NCBI GenBank assembly: GCA_025340205.1
Contig: CP006868.1
Span: forward strand, 990,001-1,022,000
DNA length: 32,000 nucleotides
Source of the DNA: Ignicoccus pacificus DSM 13166
GTDB taxonomy: Archaea > Thermoproteota > Thermoprotei_A > Sulfolobales > Ignicoccaceae
Direction: 5' to 3'
Positions 31,943-32,000 of the stretch are shown one piece after another. Both the position numbers and the translations under genes were made by a program. The notes under the pieces are model-generated. The model had not been told where the DNA came from, ran no database searches, and saw only the letters and a list, made by a program, of their open reading frames with translations. The first letter of the stretch is position 1; the number at the start of each line of letters is the position of its first letter.

Positions 31943-32000
31943 TGAAGTCAGTTCCTATAATTCTCTCAATATTTGTTTTGCTAATACTCTCATCGCTTTT
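31942..32000 (+). CDS. N-terminus of a membrane protein, probably the cognate ABC permease; runs off the right edge
   Basis: The ATG overlaps the upstream TGA by 1 nt (TGATG). The sequence MKSVPIILSIFVLLILSSL is hydrophobic. Confidence 0.4.
   Translation, partial: MKSVPIILSIFVLLILSSL

Noticed and set aside
1-32000. CRISPR arrays, IS elements, integrases, and long direct or inverted repeats
   Set aside because: Reading the spacers showed no regularly spaced repeats and no transposase- or integrase-like ORF. All gaps longer than 150 nt were examined individually.

Overview
This is a gene-dense (about 90% coding), roughly 50% GC stretch of archaeal chromosome. Several features point to a hyperthermophilic crenarchaeon, possibly Desulfurococcales-like, though the taxon is a guess. 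These are the eS17/eS24/eS31 ribosomal proteins plus Kae1, DGGGP synthase, an AglH-type GT4, a tungsten AOR-family enzyme, archaeal RibB/RibL, TIP49 and Roadblock/LC7. A/T-rich TATA boxes sit 25-40 nt upstream of starts, GTG/TTG starts are common, and internal operon genes carry GGTGA-type SD sites. I call about 38 CDS and one tRNA-Asn(GTT). I see no CRISPR array, transposase, integrase or recognisable defence island, and most of the window is housekeeping: aromatic, purine, flavin and pterin/C1 metabolism, ValRS, and lipid and glycan synthesis. Five things deserve a second look. (1) Three intergenic elements of about 60 nt share the 7-12-4-3-7-12-4 layout of archaeal box C/D sRNAs, with GGG/CCC clamps but consistently non-consensus C and D boxes; one has its own well-placed TATA. 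(2) Two large orphan SF2 helicases are present, one 960 aa with a long unassigned C-terminal half, transcribed divergently from a TIP49/RuvBL homologue. (3) A Tfx-like regulator lies directly upstream of a molybdate/tungstate ABC transporter, in a window that also encodes an AOR. (4) A translationally coupled FolE-methyltransferase pair converges on glyA. (5) Two GC-rich structured spacers are unexplained by the ORFs. All functional calls rest on motif recognition by eye; no searches or computations were run.
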